Below are positions 9,958 to 17,469 of a DNA stretch of 56,129 bases, one piece after another (positions within the stretch are counted from its first letter, which is position 1; every line of letters begins with the position of its first letter). The stretch spans positions 14,367 through 70,495 of the forward strand of contig JAAVHD010000015.1 of assembly GCA_014799915.1 (NCBI GenBank). The letters are read 5' to 3'. Position numbers and translations under genes: made by a program. This DNA comes from Oscillibacter sp. (GTDB lineage Bacteria; Bacillota; Clostridia; Oscillospirales; Oscillospiraceae). Below the pieces are notes generated by a model. The model made no database searches and was not told where the DNA came from. It saw nothing but the letters and a program-made list of their open reading frames with translations.

Positions 9958-10071
9958 TAATAGCTTATTGATGTTTGGTCCTCCATACTGACTGATAATC
10001 AACGAGGCCAGCTTGGGATTGGTGTTTTTGATCTTGACCGGGTACTCCAGACGCTTCTCATATACAAACAT
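9955..10071 (-). pseudogene. cotJC: 5-prime stump of cotJC (Mn-catalase-family spore coat protein); only about 33 homologous codons remain
   Basis: The ATG overlaps the stop of the upstream ORF (TAATG). It translates MFVYEKRLEYPVKIKNTNPKLASLIISQYGGPN then INKLL-stop. This matches the conserved CotJC N-terminus (B. subtilis MWVYEKKLQYPVKV...QYGG). Full-length CotJC is about 190 aa. Confidence 0.7.
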
Positions 10072-10529
10072 TACTGCTTACCTCCTTCCGACAGTTCCCA
10101 GGGCCAGGGATCGTTCAGCCAGGTGTACCCGGCTGCGGTGACGGAGGTCTGCTGCAGGGGGCCATAGGCGGCCTCGTAGCGCTTGCGGCCCTCTTTGGCG
10201 AGGTTTACATAATCAACGTAGAGCGCCAGGGCCTCCTTGTCATTCTGGTGAGTATCTAGGTACAGTCCCAGCTCCGTTATGGTAAAGCCCAGGGCCATCA
10301 ACTCACACAGGGCATTGTTGGGGCAGTTCATTTTGCTCTTTACCGCCCGGAAGAAGGGCAGGTTCAGTCCAGGGAACAATGTACCGGCGGCCAGGGCCTG
10401 ATTCTGGTCATAGCGCTCGGGATTGTCGTTCTGCATGGAAATATAGGGGAACACCATATTGGCGCATTTGCCGGGCAGGCTGCCTTCCATGACGCCGCAG
10501 GTGCCGGGATTTGGATTGGGATTCTCCAA
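10071..10529 (-). CDS. CotJA-CotJB fusion spore coat-associated protein
   Basis: TTG start with aaggagg 9 nt upstream. The N-terminal half is CotJA-like (ANMVFPYISMQ...RYDQNQALAAGTLFPGLNLPF). The C-terminal half is CotJB-like (MALGFTITELGLYLDTHQNDKEALALY...YGPL...WLNDPWPWE). Confidence 0.75.
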   Translation of the reverse strand: MENPNPNPGTCGVMEGSLPGKCANMVFPYISMQNDNPERYDQNQALAAGTLFPGLNLPFFRAVKSKMNCPNNALCELMALGFTITELGLYLDTHQNDKEALALYVDYVNLAKEGRKRYEAAYGPLQQTSVTAAGYTWLNDPWPWELSEGGKQ

Positions 10530-10580
10530 GGGAAGATTCCTCCTTCAGGTGTAGTCGGGACGCAGGGGCGCCCTCAGACC

Positions 10581-10606
10581 ATCCTATGCCAAAGGAAGAA
10601 AGAGGT
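10581..10606 (-). promoter_or_regulatory. Candidate mother-cell sigma (sigK/sigE-like) promoter for the cotJ operon
   Basis: On the minus strand, AC-16 nt-CATAGGAT resembles the sigK-type consensus AC-N16/17-CATAnnnT(A). It lies about 50 nt upstream of the start. Weak, pattern match only. Confidence 0.25.
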
Positions 10607-10661
10607 GCGCTTGCGGCATAGTTTTCCCCCCGCCGGAATATGGTAGGAAGGGGGTGATCCT

Positions 10662-11387
10662 TTGTTTATCACATTCAAAAAATGGACGGCGCTGTATGTG
10701 GCGACGATTTTGGGATTATTTCTGGTTTTTGCCGCGATCCTGTGGCAGGGAAGCGCCGTCAATGCGTCAAAGAACCTGGAGCTGGAGCAGGGGGAGCCAT
10801 TCATCCTGGTAATCGACCCGGGCCATGGAGGCTTTGATCCCGGCGCGGTGGCGGCAGACGGAACGGCGGAGTCCCAGATCAATCTGGCAATCGGCCTGCA
10901 GATGGAGGAAATCGCCCGCCTGCTGGGGATCGAGACGGATATGACCCGGCGGGAGGACGTTTCCACCGAGAGCGATCCTTCCGCCGCCATCCGGCAGCGG
11001 AAGAACTCCGACCTGCAAAACCGGGTGGCCCAGGTCAACGATATCTCCGGCGGCGTACTGGTGAGCCTCCATCAAAACAGCTTGCCCCAAGTGCCCAGCG
11101 TCCATGGCGCACAGGTGTTTTACAGCGAGTCTGCGGGAAGTCAGGAGCTGGCGGAAGCGGTCCAGGCAGCGCTGAATGAAACGATCAATGACCGTGCCAA
11201 GGAAGTAAAGGCGGCGGGCAGTGGCGTGTACCTGCTGAAAAAAGCGGAGCTCCCCGCCATTCTGGTGGAATGCGGGTTCCTATCCAACGGGGAGGAGACG
11301 GCGCTGCTGAACACGCAGGATTATCAGACCCGATTGGCCCTGACGATTCTGGCATCGGTACTGGAGCATCTCTCCCAGCCCGAATAA
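10662..11387 (+). CDS. cwlD: N-acetylmuramoyl-L-alanine amidase, germination-specific CwlD type
   Basis: TTG start with aggaagggggtga RBS and an N-terminal membrane anchor. Amidase_3 motifs VIDPGHGGFDPGAV, SLHQNS and ECGFLSN are present. About 240 aa and adjacent to cotJ. Confidence 0.7.
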   Translation: MFITFKKWTALYVATILGLFLVFAAILWQGSAVNASKNLELEQGEPFILVIDPGHGGFDPGAVAADGTAESQINLAIGLQMEEIARLLGIETDMTRREDVSTESDPSAAIRQRKNSDLQNRVAQVNDISGGVLVSLHQNSLPQVPSVHGAQVFYSESAGSQELAEAVQAALNETINDRAKEVKAAGSGVYLLKKAELPAILVECGFLSNGEETALLNTQDYQTRLALTILASVLEHLSQPE

Positions 11388-11391
11388 AAAT

Positions 11392-11444
11392 GACGCAATG
11401 CAGGGCGAGCACGGTTCGCCCTGCATTGCGTCTATTGTTTATTT
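11392..11444 (+). terminator. Rho-independent terminator after cwlD
   Basis: 17-bp stem gacgcaatgcagggcga / tcgccctgcattgcgtc (11392-11432) followed by tattgtttattt. Confidence 0.7.
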
Positions 11445-11567
11445 CCGGCTGTACTGCAAAAATTAGCCATGAATCTGTTATTGATTCCTACATTTATGCG
11501 TGATATACTGCCCATAAGCACAGCGTAATATATGATTTCCCAACCGCAGAGGAGAGGTATTATTCCT

Positions 11568-11771
11568 ATGGAAAACAACGAGAAGCAGCCGGTGCCCCAG
11601 GATATCGACGCCGCTTTGGGCGAGATCGAAGCCGCGCTGGATCAGATGCTGGCGCTGGCGGAGCTGTCCGCCAGCGATTTGGATCTGGACAGAGAGATCC
11701 TGCAAAAGACCCTGGAGCGACTGCAAAATAAGATCGACCGCATTGCAGACGGACTGGGCCCGGTCATATGA
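11568..11771 (+). CDS. Small acidic coiled-coil-like hypothetical protein (67 aa from the second ATG)
   Basis: ATG 11568 is preceded by gaggagagg. The sequence is helical and acidic, with no recognised family. Its 3-prime end overlaps the convergent D-aminoacylase gene by 8 nt. Confidence 0.4.
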   Translation: MENNEKQPVPQDIDAALGEIEAALDQMLALAELSASDLDLDREILQKTLERLQNKIDRIADGLGPVI

Positions 11772-13338
11772 ATCTTCCGCTGGCACTGCCGGTGAACACC
11801 CCGTCCGCAATGGCGGGGATGCCGTTTACAAACACCCAGTCCATTCCCTGGGCCAGCTGATCCGGGGCCTGCCAAGTGCCGACTTCGTGAATTCGCGCCG
11901 GATCGAATAGACACAGATCTCCATCCGCCCCCGCATCGATGCGGCCCTTCCCCGTCAGGTGGAACCGCTCAGCAGGCTGGCGGGTGAGCTTATATACCGC
12001 CTCCGGCAGTGTCAGGATGCCCCGCTCCTTCACATAGACCTCCAGTAGCCGGGGGAATGCCCCATATACCCTGGGATGGGCCAGCCCGGCGGGGTAGGTG
12101 GCGTCGGAGATCACGCCGGAGAAGGGAGCGCGGAGGATGTCCTCGATGTCCGTCTCGTCCGCGATGAAGTCGATCATGGACACCGTGCAGTGCTCCGCAG
12201 CCAGCAGATCAAAAAGCGCGTCATAGGGATCTTTTCCCTGCGCTGCCGCAATTTCAGCGATAGAACAGCCCTCAAAGGCGGCGTTCTCCGGCAGATGGAA
12301 TGACGCTGCCCGGATGTTTTCAAATCCAACCAATGCCGCAATGTTCTCAAAGTCTGAATCTGTCTCCATTCTTCGGCGCATTGTCCGGCGGTCCTCCGGG
12401 TTCTGGAGAGCGGCTGTGAGCGCTTCCACACCGCCAGCCTGAAACTCCGGCGGCAGGACGTGAATCAGTTGGGTGGACCCGGCGGGGTAGGGGTAGACGT
12501 CACACATCACGTCCAAGCCATCTTCCCGCGCTTCCGCAATCAGACGAAGCATCGCCGGAACTGTTTTGCGCCAGTTCCGGCGGCCAATGGCCTTCATGTG
12601 GCTGATCTCCACCGGTGTTTCCAGCGCCCTGGCCACATCCAGCATTTCCCGCAGAGAATCCACCACGCCGTCACCTTCCTGACGCATATGGACGGTGATG
12701 ACCTGCCCGCTGCGCCGCAGGGGCTCCAGCGCACGGATGAGCTGTGGAGTGGTGTAGAAGCACTCCGGGGCGTAGCCCAGTCCAAGGGAAACGCCCACTG
12801 CGCCGTCGGCCAGCGCACGCTCCAGCAAGGCATGGAGCTTCCGGTATTCAACCTCTGTCAGCTCGCCCTCACGGAAGCCTGCGGCACAGGCCCGCAGCGT
12901 TCCCATGCCTGCCAGCATCCCGGCGTTCAGCGCCATGCCCGTCCGGTTGAGCTGCGCTCGGTAGTCCGACAGGGAAGGAAAATCCTCCCCTGCTCTGCCG
13001 GTAATGGGGGCCAGGTAGTCCAGCACTTCGGCTTTGTGGGGGCCTGACACCGGAACAAGGGACAGGCCGCAGTTGCCGCTGATGATGGTGGTCAGGCCTT
13101 GGGCCAGCTCTGCCATGCCGAAGCCGGGGCGGAGGATGGCTGCGTCGGCATGGCGGTGGATGTCAATGAATCCCGGCGTCAACGTCCGGCCTTTGCCGTC
13201 GATGACATGGGTGCTCTCCGCCTCCGGCACGCGGCCCACGGCGGCGATCCTGCCGCCCTTGAGGGCTACGCTGCCGGAAAAGGCGGGACTTCCGGAGCCA
13301 TCCAGGATTTTCACATTTTTAATCAGATAATCAAACAT
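11764..13338 (-). CDS. N-acyl-D-amino-acid deacylase (D-aminoacylase) family amidohydrolase
   Basis: N-terminus MFDYLIKNVKILDGSGSPAFSGSVALKGGRIAAVGR...GFIDIHRHAD is typical of the D-aminoacylase/amidohydrolase fold. 524 aa. Confidence 0.75.
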   Translation of the reverse strand: MFDYLIKNVKILDGSGSPAFSGSVALKGGRIAAVGRVPEAESTHVIDGKGRTLTPGFIDIHRHADAAILRPGFGMAELAQGLTTIISGNCGLSLVPVSGPHKAEVLDYLAPITGRAGEDFPSLSDYRAQLNRTGMALNAGMLAGMGTLRACAAGFREGELTEVEYRKLHALLERALADGAVGVSLGLGYAPECFYTTPQLIRALEPLRRSGQVITVHMRQEGDGVVDSLREMLDVARALETPVEISHMKAIGRRNWRKTVPAMLRLIAEAREDGLDVMCDVYPYPAGSTQLIHVLPPEFQAGGVEALTAALQNPEDRRTMRRRMETDSDFENIAALVGFENIRAASFHLPENAAFEGCSIAEIAAAQGKDPYDALFDLLAAEHCTVSMIDFIADETDIEDILRAPFSGVISDATYPAGLAHPRVYGAFPRLLEVYVKERGILTLPEAVYKLTRQPAERFHLTGKGRIDAGADGDLCLFDPARIHEVGTWQAPDQLAQGMDWVFVNGIPAIADGVFTGSASGRFI

Positions 13339-13420
13339 AGCGGCAACCTCTGACGATCATAATGTCGATACGCACAGGGAGACGGCCCCAACGGGCCGCC
13401 TCCCTTTTTCTAAGTTAAAA

Positions 13421-14875
13421 TCAGTCTTCCTCGGGGGCCAGTTCCGTAGTAGGATTTTTCGGCGGGAAGATCTTGGAGAACGCCAGGAAGAACACCAGCG
13501 CTACCACCAGTCCGGGAACGATGGGCTGGCTGATCGTCATGCCGAACACCTGACCGTGGCAGATGTTGTCCACGTACACCACGACCACCGTGCCGGAGAT
13601 CAGCGCGGCGATGGTGCCGGCCGTGGAAGCGCCCTTCCAGTAGTGGCCCAGCACGTAGGGGAAGAAAGCTCCGGCGGCGCGGAGTGTGAAGCAGAACATC
13701 AGCAGGGAGACGATGCTGCCCGTATTGAACAGCGCCACCAGCATAGCCGCCGCGCCGCAGATCGCCATGGTGATCTGGGTCACCCGCATGACCTCCTGGC
13801 TGGAGGCGTTGGGCTTGATGAGGGTGTGGTAGATGTCGTTGGCAAAGATGGAGCCCGCGCCCAGCAGATCGGAGTCCGAGGAGGACATGGTGGCGGAGAT
13901 GATGCCCGCGAAGAGCAGGCCGCAGATGACGGTGGGCATGACCTTGATGGCCAGCACCGGCAGCGCGTACCGCGCGCCTACGTCGGCGAACTCGGCAGAG
14001 CTGAACACGCCCATGTTGATCAGCGCCAGGGTGATAATGCCCAGAACGGCGGGGATGAATGCGTAAATGAAGTTCACCAGGGCCGCCAGGATGGAGCCCT
14101 GCCGTGCGGCCTTGCCGTCACGGGCGGCATAGTAGCGGGAAACGGCCTCCTGGCCCACGGTGAAGGTGGCCACGTACATGATGGTCAGGGAGATCACCGC
14201 CGTGGGGCTGTAGCCTTTGAACATGTCGAAGGTCTCGGCGGGCACATTGGCGACCACGTTGCTCCAGCCGCCGGCCATATTCATGGCGAAGGGGACGGCG
14301 ATGATCATACCGATGACGATCAGGAACACCTGGACAAAGTCGGTAAGGGTCACGGACCACAGTCCGCCCATGATGGAGTAGATGGTCACCACCACCGCCA
14401 CGATGATCACGGCGCTCTTATAGCTGATGCCCAGCATAGTGGAAAGGATTACCGAGGAGGCGATGAACTGGCTGGCCGTTGCGCCGATGAGGGGCAGGAG
14501 CATAATGATGGCGGTGATGAGGCCCGCGCTCTTGCCGTAGCGGCGGCGGAAATACTCCGGAACGGTCTTGACGGTGGCGGCCCGGAACTTGGGGGCCAGG
14601 AACGTCAGGATCACAAAGGCGAAGCCCATGGTGATGATGTACCAGGCGGCGGAGATGCCGTGGCTCTCCATGCCCTGCTGCACCACGCCCAGGGAACTGC
14701 CGCCGCCGATCTCGGTAGCGGCCAGGGTACCGGCCATCAGCAGGGGCCCCAGGCGGCGTCCGGCCACCATGAAGTCCGTATTGGAGGTGATCTTCGTGGA
14801 GGAGTACCAGCCGATAAAGAGCATGATCAACAGGTAAATCACAACAATCGCTGTGACGACAATATTGACTTGCAT
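13421..14875 (-). CDS. Sodium:solute symporter (SSF) family transporter
   Basis: 484 aa, about 12-13 hydrophobic helices, SSF-like N-terminal motif (MVAGRRLGPLLMAGTLAATEIGGGSSLG). Confidence 0.8.
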   Translation of the reverse strand: MQVNIVVTAIVVIYLLIMLFIGWYSSTKITSNTDFMVAGRRLGPLLMAGTLAATEIGGGSSLGVVQQGMESHGISAAWYIITMGFAFVILTFLAPKFRAATVKTVPEYFRRRYGKSAGLITAIIMLLPLIGATASQFIASSVILSTMLGISYKSAVIIVAVVVTIYSIMGGLWSVTLTDFVQVFLIVIGMIIAVPFAMNMAGGWSNVVANVPAETFDMFKGYSPTAVISLTIMYVATFTVGQEAVSRYYAARDGKAARQGSILAALVNFIYAFIPAVLGIITLALINMGVFSSAEFADVGARYALPVLAIKVMPTVICGLLFAGIISATMSSSDSDLLGAGSIFANDIYHTLIKPNASSQEVMRVTQITMAICGAAAMLVALFNTGSIVSLLMFCFTLRAAGAFFPYVLGHYWKGASTAGTIAALISGTVVVVYVDNICHGQVFGMTISQPIVPGLVVALVFFLAFSKIFPPKNPTTELAPEED

Positions 14876-14952
14876 ATGATTTCTCCCTTTCTTTTATTAA
14901 TGTAATATGGTTTCCTTTGCTGGGGACATACCTCCTTTCCCAATATATAGTC

Positions 14953-14981
14953 AGCATACCACACTTTTCCAGCGGTGTAAA
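14953..14981 (-). promoter_or_regulatory. SigA-type promoter for the symporter/D-aminoacylase unit
   Basis: Minus strand TTTACA-17 nt-TATGCT with a TG extension. An about 75-nt leader contains a 10-codon uORF. Confidence 0.45.
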
Positions 14982-15045
14982 GAACTTTTTACCAATGGAA
15001 GCATCGAAACGTAAAAAAATTTTGGATATTTCGTATAAAACAGCA

Positions 15046-15074
15046 TTGGCAAACCAGCGCGGCTGTGGTATACT
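15046..15074 (+). promoter_or_regulatory. SigA-type promoter pointing at ygeY
   Basis: TTGGCA-17 nt-TATACT with a TGg extension. It implies an about 300-nt leader that contains repeat copy 1. Confidence 0.45.
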
Positions 15075-15105
15075 GACTACGGTATGGCTTATACATTTAT
15101 TAGGT

Positions 15106-15358
15106 GAATCAAGGGTCTACGGGAACTCCCGGGCGCTGTTTGCCGCAGGGCGGCAAATGCGCTTGAAAGCCGCGCGGTTTGGGATTGTGCAATGGAGAAG
15201 ATTTTTTGGGGCGCGGCTTTCAGGGGATTCCGCACTCTGCGGAGTGCGGCCAGGGACGCTGTCCTAGTGGGCCGCCGCAGGCGGCCCGACAGCTGGGGCG
15301 GCCATTGGCCGCCTAACGCCTGGACTCTGCCACCTTTGAAAAGGTGGACGAAACTTTT
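15106..15358 (+). repeat. Multi-hairpin intergenic repeat, copy 1 (about 255 nt)
   Basis: Aligns end to end with 25137-25390 (same orientation) and with the reverse complement of 44911-45166. It is a chain of at least 7 GC-rich hairpins. Confidence 0.9.
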
Positions 15359-15377
15359 AATATAAGGAGGGACTCCT

Positions 15378-16559
15378 GTGATGCTGACGCAGGAAAGAAA
15401 AGAAGAGATGCTGTCGCTGGCAAAAGCCCTTGTCTCCCGGCAGAGCTATTCCGGCCAGGAGCAGGACGCGGCCAGCGAACTGAAGCAGTACCTGTCCGCC
15501 CACGGTTTTGACCGCGTAGAGACAGACCGGTACGGCAATGTCATGGGGCAGATCAAGGGCGGCAGGCCCGGTAAGAGGCTCCTGTTCGACGGACATCTGG
15601 ACACCGTCCCAGTGGCGAACCCCGCCGCCTGGACCCACGCCCCCTTCGCGCCGGAGGAGTCGGACGGGAAGCTCTATGGCCGGGGGACCAGCGACATGAA
15701 GGGCGCAGTGGCCGCCTTTACCGCCGCCGCAGGATTTTTCGCGGAGGACCGGGACTTTGCCGGGGAGATCTGGGTGGCCGGGGTGGTCCATGAGGAGTGC
15801 TTCGAGGGCGTGGCCGCCCGGAGCGTCAGCGAGATCGTCAAACCGGACTATGTGGTCATCGGCGAGGCGTCGCAGTGCAACGTCAAGGTGGGCCAGCGGG
15901 GGAGAGCGGAGATCGTGGTAGAGACCTTCGGCAAACCGGCCCACTCCGCCAATCCGGAGAAGGGCGTCAACGCGGTGTACGGCATGTGCAAAGTTGTGGA
16001 GGCGCTTCGGCATCTGGAGGTCCCGGAGCATCCGGTGCTGGGAAAGGGCATCCTGGAGCTGACGGATATCCAGTCGGCCCCCTATCCCGGGGCCTCCGTG
16101 GTGCCCTTCTACTGCCGGGCTACCTATGACCGCCGCCTGCTGGTGGGGGAGACCAGGGAGAGCGTTCTGGAGCCTATCCGGGCCGTTCTGGAATCCCTGA
16201 CAGCGGAGGGCGTTGTCCTTCGGGCTAATGCCTCTTTTGCCGAGGGGGATGCCCTCTGCTACACCGGCGAGACGATCCACGGGGAGCGTTTTTTCCCCGG
16301 CTGGCTGTATGGGGAGGAGGAACCCTTTGTCCAGGCCGTCCTGTCGGAGCTGCGGAATATCGGTCAGGAGCCTGAGGTGACACAGTACAGCTTCTGCACC
16401 AACGGCAGCCACTACGCCGGAGAGGCCGGGATCCCCACCATCGGCTTTGGTCCCTCCCGGGAGTCTCTGGCCCATACGGACGACGAGTACGTAGAGATCG
16501 CACAGCTGGAAAAAGCCTGCGAGGGCTATTATGCCATTATGAAGGCGCTGCTGCAATGA
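15378..16559 (+). CDS. ygeY: YgeY-family M20 peptidase/deacylase (selenium-metabolism-linked hydrolase family)
   Basis: aaggaggg RBS with a GTG-ATG start. Motifs GRGTSDMKG, VHEEC, GQRGR, HSANPEKGVNA and FCTNGSHYAGEAGIPTIGFGPS match the E. coli YgeY pattern. Confidence 0.75.
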   Translation: MMLTQERKEEMLSLAKALVSRQSYSGQEQDAASELKQYLSAHGFDRVETDRYGNVMGQIKGGRPGKRLLFDGHLDTVPVANPAAWTHAPFAPEESDGKLYGRGTSDMKGAVAAFTAAAGFFAEDRDFAGEIWVAGVVHEECFEGVAARSVSEIVKPDYVVIGEASQCNVKVGQRGRAEIVVETFGKPAHSANPEKGVNAVYGMCKVVEALRHLEVPEHPVLGKGILELTDIQSAPYPGASVVPFYCRATYDRRLLVGETRESVLEPIRAVLESLTAEGVVLRANASFAEGDALCYTGETIHGERFFPGWLYGEEEPFVQAVLSELRNIGQEPEVTQYSFCTNGSHYAGEAGIPTIGFGPSRESLAHTDDEYVEIAQLEKACEGYYAIMKALLQ

Positions 16560-16655
16560 GGACATCGGTTCGGGAAAGAAAGGGGCCTGTCGTCCTTCTT
16601 ACCTATAAATATGGCGAGAATCTGAAATTGATTTGTACAAATTTACAAAAATGAC

Positions 16656-16684
16656 TGGACAACAGAGGAAAAGTATGGTATAGT
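16656..16684 (+). promoter_or_regulatory. SigA-type promoter for the PRTase-like gene
   Basis: TGGACA-17 nt-TATAGT with a TGg extension. aaggagg RBS lies before ATG 16738. Confidence 0.45.
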
Positions 16685-16737
16685 AAACATTCCAAAAGGG
16701 ACTTTCCCATTGTCCGGTAAGAAAAGGAGGTAAGAGA

Positions 16738-17376
16738 ATGGAACCTAAGTTCTTCAACATCCCCGTTTGCGTAGGCGATGTAACGCTGCGCGTAGCCAAG
16801 GGCCACTTTGCCACCCGGAACAGCCATATCAATTACTTTATCGACGTCACCCGGCAGCAATCCTGCCTTCAGGAGGCGGATGCCGTGGCGCAGCAGCTGG
16901 CCCAACGGATCAAGTCCTCCATGATGGTGGACACCATCCTGTGCATGGATGGCACCCGCGTGATCGGCACCTGCCTGGCCCGCCAGTTGGCTCAGTCGGG
17001 ATTCAGCTCTGTCAACGCGGGCAAGGAGATCTACCTCCTCCGGGAAAATGTCAGCTCTGACGGGAAGCTCATCTTCCGTGACAACGCCCGGTTCATGCTG
17101 GAGGGGAAGAACATCCTGATCCTCTTGGCCTCTATCACCACCGGCGGTACGGTGGAGAAGGGAATGCGCTGCGTGAGCTACTACGGCGGCAATGTGGCTG
17201 GTGTGGCCTCCATCTACAGCCACCTGAGTGAAGTGGACGGCGTGCCGGTCATCTCCCTGTTCAACACCGCCGATCTGCCGGATTACGCCAGCTACGCCTC
17301 CGATAAGTGCCCGCTTTGCCAGCAGGGGCAGGAGGTAGACGCGGTAGTGGACAAGTACGGCTATTCCAAGCTGTGA
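16738..17376 (+). CDS. Phosphoribosyltransferase-like protein with a degenerate PRPP loop
   Basis: Type I PRTase fold signature ILILLASITTGGTVEKG, but with LA where the two acidic residues normally sit. C-terminal CPLCQQG motif. Confidence 0.55.
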   Translation: MEPKFFNIPVCVGDVTLRVAKGHFATRNSHINYFIDVTRQQSCLQEADAVAQQLAQRIKSSMMVDTILCMDGTRVIGTCLARQLAQSGFSSVNAGKEIYLLRENVSSDGKLIFRDNARFMLEGKNILILLASITTGGTVEKGMRCVSYYGGNVAGVASIYSHLSEVDGVPVISLFNTADLPDYASYASDKCPLCQQGQEVDAVVDKYGYSKL

Positions 17377-17409
17377 TCCGCGACTGACAGCGAGAATTAC
17401 ATTAGTTCA

Positions 17410-17462
17410 ATAAAATAGCGAGGCAGGCTTTCGAAAGGGAAGCCTGCCTCGCTGCTTATTTT
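17410..17462. terminator. Bidirectional terminator between the PRTase-like gene and hisIE
   Basis: 14-bp stem agcgaggcaggctt / aagcctgcctcgct (17417-17453), flanked by aataaaat and cttatttt. Confidence 0.7.
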
Positions 17463-17469
17463 GCGTCCT

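Larger units (their letters stand above)
1..9975 (+). mobile_element. Distal (right) arm of a PBSX/skin-like contractile-tail prophage: tape measure, baseplate, fibres, holin-endolysin. Left end lies outside the window
   Basis: Uninterrupted + strand block of tightly packed or overlapping genes in the xkdO-P-Q-R-S-T-U, fibre, holin, lysin order. It ends with a terminator at 9916-9957. The right boundary is placed where cotJC homology on the minus strand stops (about 9958-9975). Confidence 0.8.

Noticed and set aside
9093-9986. 297-aa minus-strand ORF across the holin/endolysin region and the prophage junction
   Set aside because: It is antisense to the holin and CHAP endolysin genes and crosses the terminator and the insertion junction. 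It is a shadow ORF.
13556-14905. Long antisense or alternative-frame ORFs at 13556-14905, 15357-16565, 22243-23739, 39983-41605, 41812-43254 and 43632-45095
   Set aside because: Each is the mirror of a confidently identified gene: symporter, ygeY, hisD/hisG, kinase, HD-GYP and pepA. All have the biased composition of shadow ORFs in GC-rich DNA.
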